Source: Octopus vulgaris (Eukaryota). Taken from it: a stretch of DNA of 64,000 nucleotides. Within the stretch, counting starts at the first letter, position 1; each line of letters opens with the position of its first letter. Under the pieces are notes generated by a model. That model saw only the letters and a list, made by a program, of their open reading frames with translations, did no database searches and was not told the origin of the DNA. Below are positions 13,917 to 26,990 of the stretch, piece by piece. The position numbers were made by a program, and so were the translations under genes. The DNA is taken from the NCBI GenBank assembly GCA_951406725.2, contig OX597820.1, positions 78,430,001 through 78,494,000 on the forward strand. Reading direction: 5' to 3'.

Positions 13917-14212
13917 CTTGGCCTGGTGACGAGTTTAAGCTTATCTCATCAAAGGCAGATATTACATCTCCCTTTATGGTGATGTCATTAATGACTGTCT
14001 CTTTCTAGACGAAGACCAATATTCGAGACGTCATTTCCTCTCGTATTTTTCTGTCTAAAACTTTCACAGACCATCAAGCTAATGTATTCACTGTGCACGT
14101 CGAATTGATGTTTATTTTTTATCTCCTTTTTTGTTCCTTTTGTTTTATACTTGAATTTGCCTATATATGGATACATAAAGAGAGAGAAATACATACATGC
14201 ACACACACATGC

Positions 14213-15101
14213 ATGATGGGGTACACAAATGAAACCGGAATTTTGCAATGTTATTCTATTCACTTAGCTTTACATGTTTACACTTTTATCGCCTTCAAAG
14301 TATTCTCCATTTGAAGCAATGCATCGGTCCAGACGCGTTTTACGCTATTCGAAACAGTACTGAATTATTGCAAAGTGATGCCTTTTAACGCCTCCGTCAT
14401 TTTTTCTTCACCTCTTCCACATCTTTAAATTCCGTAGCACCAGCGTTCGGCACTAGTGATGACCTTCGAAAAAAGGTCCAGATCAAATTCCAACTGTTCT
14501 ATCCGTTAACGACACGCATTCTCTCATGACTGCTTCTGATCTTCTGTGAGTGAGCGAGGCACAAATTTTGCTGCAACTCTTTTCATTCACAATACCTTGC
14601 TCAAAATTCGTTGGCAGGAACCTCGGGGCATACCACTTATTTAAAAAAAAGTTCGTCAGTTGTTCGGTGATGGTCATCCAAGATCACTTCATGAATTTTC
14701 ATGTTTCTATTCGTTCGGGAGGTCGACGGTTGCCCTGTCCGAGGTTGGTCTTCAAGCGACAAAACACCTTTTCTAAAGAGTGAAAACCACTCGTAAACTT
14801 ATGTTTTGCTCATGGCGGGGTCCTTGTAAGCTGTTTGGAGCATGGCAACTGTTTCGGTCGCCATTTTCCCCCGGAGAAAACAGCATTTCACGGAAGCATC
14901 CTGTTCCTTCGATTCAGCCATCGCAAAAATCGACGAAGAGGAGAGAAGCACCACATGACAGTACGATCCTAATAGACGTCACCGGTTGGCAGACTGATGC
15001 CTGAGGGTCGCATAAAGTGGCTTCAAGAGGTGAAAGTCCGAAATGCAACGGGCTTGTCCCACTGAGAACGTTACCGGTTACTTTTCGGTACCGCTTCATA
15101 T
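14213..15101 (-). mobile_element. Internally deleted mariner element
   Basis: Imperfect TIRs TGATGGGGTACACAAATGAAACCGG / CCGGTTACTTTTCGGTACCGCTTCATA; minus strand encodes VYEWFSLF...EDQPRTGQPSTS, KRVAAKFVPRSLT and FSKVITSAERW (WVP and KVITGDETW mariner motifs) with stops. Confidence 0.8.
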
Positions 15102-16817
15102 AAACTAATATATGTTTATATACATAGATATACGCATGCATATACTGATAAATATCTACTTACATATATATACATATAGAGATATGTATATATGAATGTA
15201 TATATACAGATATATATAAACATATATATTATGTATATGTGAACATATATGGGTATATATATTTACATATATATGGATAGATATATGTACGTATGTAAGT
15301 CGGAGACTATACGCATATGTTTATCTACGTATAATACATAACAGTAACATATATATTGGGTCATATAACCTTTCATTGTTTAATATAATTACAAAATAAC
15401 ATAACCATTCGATAAGACGAAGTAGATACGAGATATTTATACTTTTACATTGTATTTCATTTCGTAAAGAACAACAAAAACAAACTACAGCATTATCTTT
15501 CTTGAACAGTAATAACAATTTCCTCGTCATTTTCTATAATTTCTGTTGTTATAGAAGTATGTAGTTATTTTCTTTCACAGCAGCTTCATGTGAAAATGAT
15601 AGCTTATATATTATCTAAGATGGTTTCTTTTAAGAATTGTCTATTCTTAGGATGCATAACAGCACGGTGTAACTATATGTGTTAAGTAAGATAACTGTAA
15701 TTTTTCTCTTAAGAAAATATTTTTCATATTATACGGCACCGTTTTCTCTACATGCAGTCTGAGAGTTTTTATTGGCAAAAAAAAACATTTTGATTCATAG
15801 TTAAAATGATTTTCTGTGTAGTTATGTATTATATACTAGTATTTCTTTACTACATATACAGACAATAAAAACAATGAAATGAATATGACTAAAATTCCTG
15901 ACGTTTATATTTAAGTGAATCAATACAGAACAGGACAGAAAGCCGTTCATATTTTTTTTAGCGTTTCACAGCATGAAACTACAACTAAAGTTCACAGCAA
16001 GAAGCGGCGACACTTTCGTGATCTCTTATGACATGTTCGCTTGTAAATATGATAAAGACTTAATCTTATTTTGTTTTTTGTATTTAAAATTCATATTTCT
16101 GATCCCGTTATGGTTAATCTAAAAGTCACTATCTCTCTTTCAATCACTGCCACTAGGACAATTGTTTTGCATGACATTTGTTCTATACGACAATTTGCAC
16201 ACACGATCGTCCTTAATTTCACGTTTCCAACAAATTCATCACTATTTCCTTTTATTTCTGTACGAAAGATTCCAAACGGAGTGAATAACTCAATGCAAAA
16301 CAAATATCTCAAGGGTCATCTGCATTTGGTTCTCATCCTCTGAAAATATTATCGTGGTACACCTGGGAGGGAAGAGATCTTGTTACCTCTCACTTCAGAT
16401 GTGAAGAGGGGCACATGACCTGCATTTATATGCACGGCTTCAAAGAGGGCCGCCTGCATTTATTTCTTCTTTTGATTGCACTTTCTCTCTGTTCGTTCCC
16501 GCTTCTTGTCGCTGATTGTTGCTGTAAGTGCAAGCTTCACATCATTCTGTTAAGTCCTGGAAATAAGGGCTAAGCAATATTCTCAGATTTCTCCAGAGAT
16601 GCATCAGATGCCATCTTAGGATCAGTAGGCTCTGTTGGTCGTTGCTGATCTTGGTCGTAATTTCCTCTTGTGAAACCTTCTGGACTGGAAACGTGACTTT
16701 TACTCCACATATTTAACAGCTGATGTTTCTGACAAGGATGGTTAGTCTGCTTTCTCCTCGGTATCTTCTACAGAGAACAACTAAGGGATCATTTTGTCGT
16801 CTTACTGAATGAATCAT

Positions 16818-16870
16818 CAACGGTGACGTCGGTGTTTTGAACGGTGACGTCGGTGTTTTGAACGGTGACT
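16818..16870 (+). repeat. 21-bp tandem repeat (AACGGTGACGTCGGTGTTTTG), about 2.5 copies
   Basis: Directly visible. Confidence 0.85.
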
Positions 16871-18782
16871 CATGCTTTGCTCTTCCATACATTATGGGAT
16901 CATTATGAGCAAGTGGGTTTCCTGTTGTGCTTTTACCACATCCACTATTTTGAATAGGATGCATATTGTTCCATATATTCTTATTAACGAGGACAAGCAC
17001 AAGAACAACATTTCTCAGCAGTAACGAGAAGGCATCTTTCATTCAAAATACTGTGCAATACAAACAGACGGCAACACAACTCTCTCATGAATAGCATAAT
17101 GTATCTTAAAACAATATATTGCACAACATAGACAAGCATAACAACAACTTTCTGGAAAATGGTGAGAACATATTTCGGCTCAAAAATTCTGTAAAGCAAA
17201 GAACGGTGCTACAACTTGCTCAAGATCAACGTGAACAGATCTTAGAACTCGGTCCTGGGTAGCAACGATAAGTACACGAGCAACCTTTGTGACAACATTT
17301 TTAGGTATTGCCGCTCGTTCAGCACTAAACAGTCTCAGTTCCAATCATTTCGAGTTCAATTGTGCCTTTCATCCTTTGAGAGATCGATAAAAGAAAGAGA
17401 AGAGTATATTTTTTAAAACTACAATAACTGAACGCAAGCAGTATCTACCGCTCAGTACATGCTTCCGTATACTACTGCTATATAAGACACATTACCGCTT
17501 TCTTTCAACTTAGTACTATGTACTTTTCGGTTTATCAAGCGATACAGCCGAATACCTTCGCTCTCTTATTATTTAATATTGCCTCAGTTGTCAAGAATAT
17601 AACCAGTTCATTAGAAAATGTTATCAAATATATATTGGGATATATCTTGAGAGATGGTTATATATTATCCTCTTTGTGACATTTAAGCACCGGATACTGG
17701 TTTACTTAAATGCAAAATAGATGCAAGCATTTATATGAGGAAAATTTTTATATGAAATATTCAATCTTTGTCTTGTCTTAGAACTGGAAAATTTGATTTT
17801 AATCACCGAGGTTGTGTCTAAAGGTTCAATAAATAAATTGAACTTTAAGTTAAGGCAATCCTATTAGAACAACGACAGCGTCGAAGACACAAAAGAGCCA
17901 TTCAAAAACACGAAACGCAGTGGAACTATGTCAGTGACCAGGACACAATTGGTGCGACAAAAATTTTGACACTAAATAGTAAATATAAAATGTTTAAGTT
18001 AACAGTGTTTCCGACTGGCCAATGTATGTCTTCTACGCTATAATTGATTTAGTTTCAACACAGTCTCAGATCAAATCACTTGGCAGACACTTACACCTCT
18101 GAAATTCTATTATAGATTCAGTAATATTATCGAATTCCATTTCTACCATCATTTTGCATTATCATTTTTTTATGACTTTAGCAGACATGAAAACGCAACT
18201 TTTATTCGGTATCTACACATTATCTGCTGTATTTTCTCCTTCCTCTGCCATCATCTTCACAAACGAACGACATCATTTACAGAATTATAAGCTAGTCATG
18301 GAATGAAACGTGTGGTGAGAATTATTTATGATGTTTTATACATTTACTTACTCTAAGTAACCGACATCTAGCAATAACCAACGTACTTATTTCAAAATTC
18401 AAATATATATATATATTTATACATCGGTTGATAATATCGATAATTCTGTAACCGCAGACACATAGAGAGAAACATTGCGTTATAAAATCTGAAACCTAAA
18501 ATTTCCAATGAAACACCAATAGATATTGTATAACATTTTTTCAGGCATAAAATATAATTGTGATCTGCATTCTGAACATATATTTTGTTCTCAAGTCGAA
18601 ATCAGATACGCAAATCCGTGTTTCACTACAGCTCCTAAATATACAATTTGTTGGGTACAATATATCCTATATAAAAATCAGTATATTACTTTATATATAT
18701 ATGTGTGTGTGTGTGTATGTGTGTGTATGTATATAAATTTTATCCTATAATGTAAGTAAGTATCATATGACATGGACACTAG

Positions 18783-18820
<38 letters not shown>

Positions 18821-19126
18821 TGAGCGATATAAGTGTCTAAGGATCACTCAACCTCACGATTAATATTCTTTTCGTATATATATATATATATACTTTTAAT
18901 AAAATCTCATCAAATGGCCAGCATATTATAATACCTTTTAAGGTAAAAATTATAAACAATTATAAGTAACATCCGTTGGATTAATCCCGAAATCATTCGC
19001 TTCAGAGATAATGAATTCTAAAAAAAATTCCGTTAGCTTGCTTTCCTCGTTTTCAACACCACCTGTATTTATAGTGATGTATATTGAATGTGATTGACGA
19101 TTTAAAGTGTATTTCTCAGCATATTG

Positions 19127-19159
<33 letters not shown>

Positions 19160-19320
19160 CGACAGGCTTCTTTCAGTTTGCGTCTACCAAATCCACTCAC
19201 AGAAGGAGTTGGTCGGCCGGAGGCTATGGTAGAAAGCACTTACCCAAGGTGCCACGCAGTGGAAATGAACTCGGAACCATGTGGTTGGCAAGCAAGCTAC
19301 TTACCACGCAGCCACTCCTA
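19160..19320 (-). mobile_element. SINE family A copy, fairly intact
   Basis: Reverse complement GGAGTGGCTGCGTGGTAAGTAGCTTGC...GGTTCCGAGTTCA...GGCACCTTGGGTAAGTGC...GGTAGACGCAAACTGAAAGAAGCCTGTCGTA(TA)n. Confidence 0.8.
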
Positions 19321-19575
19321 TATATATACACATCATCATCAAAATAAGCAACAAGGATATCTAGAGGTAATGCAGTACGATCGTTTCATGCAAATCGGAG
19401 TTGCATAAAACGATCATACTACATTACCTCTGGATATCCTTTTTGCTTATTTTGATTTTAATCACCTTACTTTGAAATTGTATGGATAATACCATACTAA
19501 ATTCTGGTGCCTCAACATAAGTACCATATTCATCTGAATCTAAATTTTTGCTGAACTCATCTACCATATTCAATC

Positions 19576-19617
<42 letters not shown>

Positions 19618-19973
19618 TGTGTGTAAGTATGTATTTATGTATGTATGTATGTATGTATGTATGTATGTATGTATGTATGTATGTATAGTTGAAAAATAAG
19701 AATGATACTTGTAATCAATAGAGAACCAGTTCAGCAAATATAGAATCATTTTTATTGATTTTCTTACTAATGTTGTGTTGACTAAGATTAAACCGGTTAA
19801 GCTTGATCCAGTAGAACTATGACGTGCATGTCGATCGAACAGCTAGATGTGATCCACATGTCTTGCGAAAGAGGAATTGCATATATTTGATACATGAAAC
19901 ATTATATTATATACTTCGACTATGTGTAGGTTGATAAATCAGGCAGGGAAAGACAGGCATTAAGTGTGTAACT

Positions 19974-20467
19974 CAGCGTTTCTCAACCGATGTTCTTCGA
20001 AATCCAAAAGTTTCGTAACAGGTTGTAATGGATTCCGAGAGAAATAGTGATAAATAGGCTACTTGCTAGCGGTTCTTTGTGTTACTGTTGCATTTAACTT
20101 TATACCCGTATATTTTTTTTTTATATATGCTATATAATAGTAATATTGGCTGGAGGTAATGATCATAGGCAATTAGAAGAGTCTACTGGATAATGACCTC
20201 TGGAAATGTAATAAGGGAATTGTAATGGAACTTCATTCTTAAAAAAAGGCCTTGGTTAAGATGAAATTTCTTAAATCGCTTTCGTGTCAGCTGATGGATT
20301 AAGGCCAGACAAACATTTCAAGTTTACTTTTATGATTTGTTTAATGTCATAGAAAATTTCGCTTTACGGAAGCGAATGAAAATTTAGTAACTTTTAATTA
20401 GCAGCTTCTTACAAATGTGGAATGTATTTTAAGGTTTCCCCAAGAATAATAAATTTGGGAAACATTG
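19974..20467. mobile_element. hAT/Charlie-like non-autonomous DNA transposon
   Basis: Termini CAGCGTTTCTCAAC ... TTTGGGAAACATTG resemble Charlie-type TIRs; flanking 8-mers GTGTAACT / ATGGAACC match at 5 of 8 (decayed TSD). Confidence 0.5.
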
Positions 20468-22256
20468 ATGGAACCTATCGGGTGATGTGTCAGTTCGGAC
20501 ACGTTTGTTCTTTTTTATTCTCCTGTCCAGAACTTATGTGTGTTTAAGTGTTGTCATTGTTGTGTAGACCAAGGTAAGCTCGGGAGAACTTCAACTATAA
20601 TGAAAAATCTTCCGGAAATAACCATTCTTGTCTTCGATCAAACATAGTATAGTATTTAGGACTGCATACTCAGATGTTTTCAAGGCGAAAGAGCTTGACT
20701 TGGCGAAGAGAGATGTGTTATTTCTAGGAGAGCAATTGACTACATCGATGCAGTCTTGTTAACCGATATATCAGTAGAGTATGGTAGGCCAGTTTGCTTT
20801 CTTCATAGATACATGAGGGCATTTTAATAAGTGTGAGCATCTGGTTGGAAAAGAGTTACTGGATTGCTTATTCTGTGGCTTTGCGAGTTAGGCTTGTGGT
20901 TTATTGAAGTTAGTTTAATACAGAATATGGGTTTGTGGGAGGGGGTTTCTTTAGAAGTCAACGGCAACTGAAATGTAATGCCGTCATGAAATCTCCTGGG
21001 TTAGCAATATTGAATTTATACCAGGATGTACTGGGATGGCGTTAACGAGTGCACTAATGCTTTGTGATTGAGGTATGAAACATCACTGAATATTTGTGGT
21101 GTAGAGGTATGTATATGGGGGTTATGATAATAATGGTCATGGAGGCCCTGCAGAGGGTCACAGACACTGCCTACTCTCCTGACTAAGGAATACTTATATT
21201 TGTCTAAATGAGTGTTAAATGATAAATTTTTAAAACAGCTAAGTATAACAGAAGGCGGTAACTTCTCTATATAATAAACGCAAATTGATAGAATCATTAG
21301 AATAACGGATGAAATTTCTTTAGGTATTTATTCTAGCTGTTGACATTGGTAAGTTCCATTCACATTAAACGTTGCCTTTGATTCATCCAGAATCAGTTAA
21401 ATAGAATACAAGGAGTAATCGATATAATAAAATATTATGAATAATATTTTAGTAAATAATAGAAATAATTCTAAATAATAGTAAATAATTCCAGGCAACA
21501 ATCTCAGCTGGAGTGCTTATATCAACAATAAAATCGATATACCTCGTAGGATGAACACCTAGATCTTCAGATCTTTCCTATCCATTGAGCAAAACGTCAT
21601 CATTCCCATTTTTTACTCCTTTGTACGACCACACCTAGAATGCTGCTGTCTTTTGCTTCATTTGCAGTATTGTTAGGGGGTTGGGCAATATTTGTTGCAG
21701 CTGTTCCAGTTAAGTGCCGAGGAAGTGTAGCGAAATTATTGTTATCTACCCTGTAATAGTTGAAGGAAGAGGGCAGGAAAATACCTTTCTATTCTCCCAT
21801 AGCATTTCGATGACCAATACACAATGCTTGTACATGAAGTTATTCGAATGTGGTTCATTAAATTAATTGCAAGGAAAGGAAAAGAACAGCAGATACAGTG
21901 AAGTGATTATTTCTGTCAAGTTTGCTTGATTTATTGAGAGATAAACTTACTAATGTATATTTGCTATATTTTATACTCACATTCTACATTTGTCATTGAG
22001 GTTTATAAAAATCGTATTACGACTTTTGTAAGGAAGGAAGAAATGCGTTTTGGAAATAATTCATCAAATTTTAAAACATTTTCTGCTTACTTAGATTTAA
22101 TCAATAATCCATCATACATTTCCTAATCTAGACAAATTTGATTTTTATCGAATGTCAAATCTTCGGTAAAAATTATTAAATTATGAACTAAACGAAATTA
22201 AATTGGTAAAAATTATACACTCAGTAAACACATTGTTATACGCTGATTAAAAGCAG

Positions 22257-22343
22257 ATATGCAGCTGCATAAAAGTTATATATGCAGCTGCATAAAAGTT
22301 ATATATGCACCTGCATAAAACTTGTGCATGCAACTGAATAAAG
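22257..22343 (+). repeat. 23-bp tandem repeat ATATGCAGCTGCATAAAAGTTAT, about 3.7 copies
   Basis: Directly visible; unit contains the palindrome TATGCAGCTGCATA. Confidence 0.85.
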
Positions 22344-22639
22344 CATCGTACTCTGCGCATTAAAGGAAACAAAAGTGTCATTCAAGATAAACGTTTGATA
22401 TTAATTTACATTTTTATCATTGATGTTTTGTTTTCAATCTATTTTCGCGAGACAATGAGGTTCTTAAAATTCTCTATAATGTTGCAAGAAGCAGATTATT
22501 ACTGGCGTCAGTAAGCCTTAGAATAATGGCAATAAACGGCTTATCACGTGTGTCCGTCAGAAAGATAAAGCTTCAGAGGACGGGAGCTGCGATGGAGTTT
22601 AGGAAGTGGTGGTAAATTCTTGTGTGTGTGTGACCGCCT

Positions 22640-22960
22640 TTTTCTAATACCAAGAAATAAGAAGCGTGATATGGCAATATGGTGTGAGAAACGCAACATA
22701 GTATATTTTGTCGAACTGACTGTTCAACGTGAGGACAATATAGATGTAGCTCAGATTAGGAAAGGCGATCGGTATGAGAACACATTTTCCCCTAGAAGTT
22801 CAATGTAAAGGTTTCATTGGAACCAGGAATAGAGAATGGTAGTTATCAATTATTGTCAAGCAAACATCACTTCGAAAGAAATCCAATCAAAACTTGAGAG
22901 AGCCAGCCATTGAATATGGATGGAAAGAGATGATGAAACTTGGTTATAGAAGTGATGGAT
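22640..22960 (+). pseudogene. Hero-like (RLE) non-LTR retrotransposon C-terminal endonuclease remnant
   Basis: RDMAIWCEKRNIVYFVELTVQREDNI...RKGDRYE, then FPLEVQCKGFIG and SH.IWMERDDETW, matching the PD..ELTVPWEE..RK..RY / FP.EVGCRGF pattern. Confidence 0.75.
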
Positions 22961-23479
22961 AAGTGTATAGCAGGACCTGTTTGCCTCTATTGCGAATCAG
23001 ACCCGCATGACTGACTTCACAATTTAAATGGTGCTGATGATCCAGCAATGAAATGCTTAAGATCGGATACTAATCAGTTGACCCGGTGGGTGAGGACTCA
23101 CATCACTGAGTGGAGCCGGCGCGTTGTACGCCGTTGAGTGGGAGACCCCAAAATAATGTGCATTTTCTTCTGATGTCACCTGAATTCTACTGGCGTCCGG
23201 TATGCGGATCTTTCCATTTAACAGTATTGGCACAAGCAAATTCTTTTTTGATTATCACAAAAGATGACAACATGTTACGACCGGTATTTTCTGCAATTGT
23301 CTAAATTGTGGTTAGAACTTGGTATCATTATCGAACCACTGGTTCTGCTACTTCACCTTCCTGACGAAAATACTGTATTGCTGTCACACATACCCGTAAC
23401 TGGTCGAGAATTTTTATTCGAGACTTACCTTAACCTATAGTCATGAATGTTCGGTAACGGTCAAAAGAACAGGAGTAAT

Positions 23480-23790
23480 AATACAAGCGACCGAAAAGGG
23501 GTTCTTCCAAAGGATCGACAGGTTGCGTATCTCTGAGATGAAGGTGGTTCTCCAGGTCGAGTCGCTACATCTCCGCTTTGAATGGGCACAACTCCTGTAA
23601 TACGGACATGTGGTTACAATGTTGCAAAAAACGATCGTAAGTCGGATCCTTGAAGCTGAACCAACCAGCAGGAGATTAAGAGGGAGATGGTAGGCTATTA
23701 TCCACGGTCCCAGTGGGTCATACTTAAAAATCTAGCAGCAAAGTATAATGACGGTTGCTTCCGATAAGACCTTAGTCCTTAGCCTGAGGA
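23480..23790 (+). pseudogene. RTE-like LINE 3' coding remnant
   Basis: LQVESLHLRFEWAQLL*YGHVVTM...RILEAEPTSRRLRGR resembles QLRW.GHV.RM...GKRPRGRP. Confidence 0.55.
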
Positions 23791-24329
23791 TTCTATCCCA
23801 ACGAGGAAAGTGGTAGTGGGCAAGGTAAATGGATAGATGAACCCGGCTATAAATGTGACAAGCAGGTATAATTTGATCAAATCTATACAATACTTAACTT
23901 TTGTTTTATCTAATTGACCCCGCACCCCACCCCAGTTGTAGAAAACGAAAATGACTCTGCGAGATTTCAACTTATTCCAGAATGCAAATGGCCATAGAGA
24001 AATATCGCAGAGTATTTTTTCAGACACTTTAAAAGTTCCACACTTCAAAAAATCTTTATATTTATAGGTATTGAAATTTTGAAACTATTTCCAGCAATGC
24101 GGTAAAGAAGAAATCATTAAATATAGAACTAAACAGAATTCTTTTTATTTTTCTTTAACATGTGACAAAGTAGAGAAAATGTGTAAATTAATCTTTTCCG
24201 AAAATGATAAAAGGAAGTCACAGAAATCTTGGATTCTAATAGAGATTGAATTTGGGAAGTGGATGCAGCATTGTTTTAATGTAAGGGAATGTCCCTAAAG
24301 GAATACATCATCATTAACAGTTTCTGGAC

Positions 24330-24525
24330 ATTATTCTCTCTCGAGTCCTGGGATTCATAGGGTTGGTAACTTGTAATAAGGAGCTGGCCACATCATCACA
24401 CCAGTTTGTTGCCACTGAGTGGACTGGAGCAAAGTGAAATGAAGTATTTTGCTCGACCCAGGAATAGAAACCACGATGGTAAGTTCGCGATTCCAACACC
24501 CTAACCATTAGGCCACGCGCCTTCA
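24330..24525 (-). mobile_element. tRNA-derived SINE (decayed)
   Basis: Reverse complement GAAGGCGCGTGGCCTAATGGTTAGGGTGTTGG...GGTTTCTATTCCTGG...GAGCAAAATACTTCATTTCAC; same family as 1728-1900. Confidence 0.65.
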
Positions 24526-26614
24526 AAAGAAAGGGTGCATGAAAAAGAAATACCACTGTAGGACGATAACTCAAAAATGTATATTTGACTGTTATTTATG
24601 TGTACAGAAGAAATCTGCAAAAATCACAATCCAGGTTACTTAGGCAGATATAGATTACCAGACGACTATAATCTTCGTGAAGAGGAACTCTGACATAATA
24701 GACGATATTTATTGTTTCATTGTGGGAATTTCTTATTTATTCCAGAGATCGCTGGAGGTCAGTTTCACTTTATTAGTTAAACGGCAAGTACTGCAATTAG
24801 ATTCACTTTCACTGTACGTTGCTTTAAATAGCAATAACAGCATTTTCTGTAGCTGCAGAACATATTACGCATATGAGATTTATGACAGCCTTGCTTTGGA
24901 CTCCATAATCTTTGAAACAAATCACTACAAACTTTAAAGAACTAAAATCTAGGTGCTGAAAATAGCAGCCAATCTCTCACAAATCACACCATATCGTCTT
25001 TAAAAGCTGATACATTGGAAAATATAATCCCGTATATAGAAATTAACGACGTGGAACAAGTTCTTATGGTTTTGATTAGTGTAACTATAGAAACATGATC
25101 TGGAGGTAAGAACATTACTACCACAAAACGGTACTATTCGTATTATCATAAACTGCGAAAAGACGTCTGCAAAACAACTACGCAACGAAAGGAATATACT
25201 TGAAGCTAAAATAAAAATACAACACTTGAAAATGTGAGGAATATTGTGTGCCAATATCCTGCCTCCAGCATCTTTAATTTTTCAGGTATACTCTCTCTCT
25301 CTCTCTCTCTCTCTTCCGATTTCTTTTTAGCCGCGTCCGCTCTTCTGTTTCCTTTGTGGTTTCCTCAGGGAGACCACAAAGAAAGCAGATATTGTTGGTT
25401 TCGACTTTTCATCGATGCTTCTGTAACTTTGCTCTTTTTTCAGACCCATTTTTACCTTTGGAAAGAGGTGACCCATATTAGTCTAGCTTCTATTTTTTTT
25501 TAACCTGTGCAACATGGGAGGTGTAACCAGGAGCTTGCGCTCTTCGGAGTTACTGAGACCCACAAAGTAACACACCGCAACAAGGACTTGATATTGTGCT
25601 AGTCATGCATGTTAGACATACCCTAAAAGGACTGGTGGCCATATATGGAATGATTTTATCTATTGGCATCCTTCATTATCGCTAACCGAAAGCTAGACAA
25701 CAACAACATCAATTTCACTAGCTGTTAATAAAATAGCAAAGCAACAGAAATTACCGCATCCTGGTCTTTGCTATAAACATAACTTCAGGCTTTATTTTTA
25801 TCGCTAAAAATAACTGCCAGATTCACCCTCGTAATGCAAGTTAACGTTTAAGAAAAGTGGCACATTGGATAGTGTAGACGTGGTTGACTTGTGTCAAATT
25901 AAATAACAGATTATTCATTGCTGTAATCTATGCAAATAACGAAATCGTCATAGCTAGACCGCCATTGATCATTGGTATCTTTGATTATTGTTGACCTGGC
26001 GGCTAGATGACAAATCCCGTCACTAGAAGAATCTGTTGGCATATGCAACTATATTGGATAATTGGAGAAAGACTGCTTGTTACATTGTATAGACTGCATT
26101 TCAAAACCGGGTCAACAAGTGCGTATAAATTGGCCCTAAAGAAACCGTTGGTAACAAGGTACTTATTATGGAGATTGCTGGAGCTGTGAATCGACCGAGG
26201 TTTATTCGACACTCAATGATGTCATAACTTTGCTCATGTGGATTGCACATAATCATTACAGCTACAAAGACCACAATTAAAAATCAACAACATTAACAAC
26301 ATACATACAAGATAAGGAGAAACCCTAGACCGACTCAAGACTTCTCATGAATATCAGGCAAAATAAAACCACACTGAAAGACAAGGGAAGTACAGGTGAA
26401 AGAATGTTATCCCAGGTACGACTTTAAAGGAAAAAGAAAAACAGCGTGTGTACAGCTTACATGCCTGCGATCAGAGATTTACAGGATTGAGTGTGACCTA
26501 GGGTTAAACAAAAGCGCAAACAACATAACAATCATAACACTGCAAGTATTAATATATCTCGCCAATAACAACCGTTGTAGCAACAGGGAAACCAACACCA
26601 ATAACAGCAGTACT

Positions 26615-26650
26615 CATTATTATTATTGTTGTTACTGTTATTATTATTAT

Positions 26651-26726
<76 letters not shown>

Positions 26727-26763
26727 GGTGGTGGTGGTGGTGGTGGTGGTAATGGTGGTGTAC

Positions 26764-26840
<77 letters not shown>

Positions 26841-26895
26841 ACGGTGGCGGTGGTGGTGGCGGCGGCGGCGGTTGTAGTAGTAGCAGTAGTAGTAA

Positions 26896-26928
<33 letters not shown>

Positions 26929-26929
26929 C

Positions 26930-26968
<39 letters not shown>

Positions 26969-26990
26969 TGTGTTGGTGGTCATCAGCAGT
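26615..26990 (+). repeat. Compound trinucleotide microsatellite (TAT)n(TAG)n(TGG)n(TAG)n
   Basis: Directly visible. Confidence 0.95.

Noticed and set aside
16071-17270. Coding-like unique stretch, possible exon or transposase remnant
   Set aside because: No recognisable motif or convincing splice structure.
20820-21300. Possible LINE endonuclease remnant
   Set aside because: Too decayed to identify diagnostic residues.
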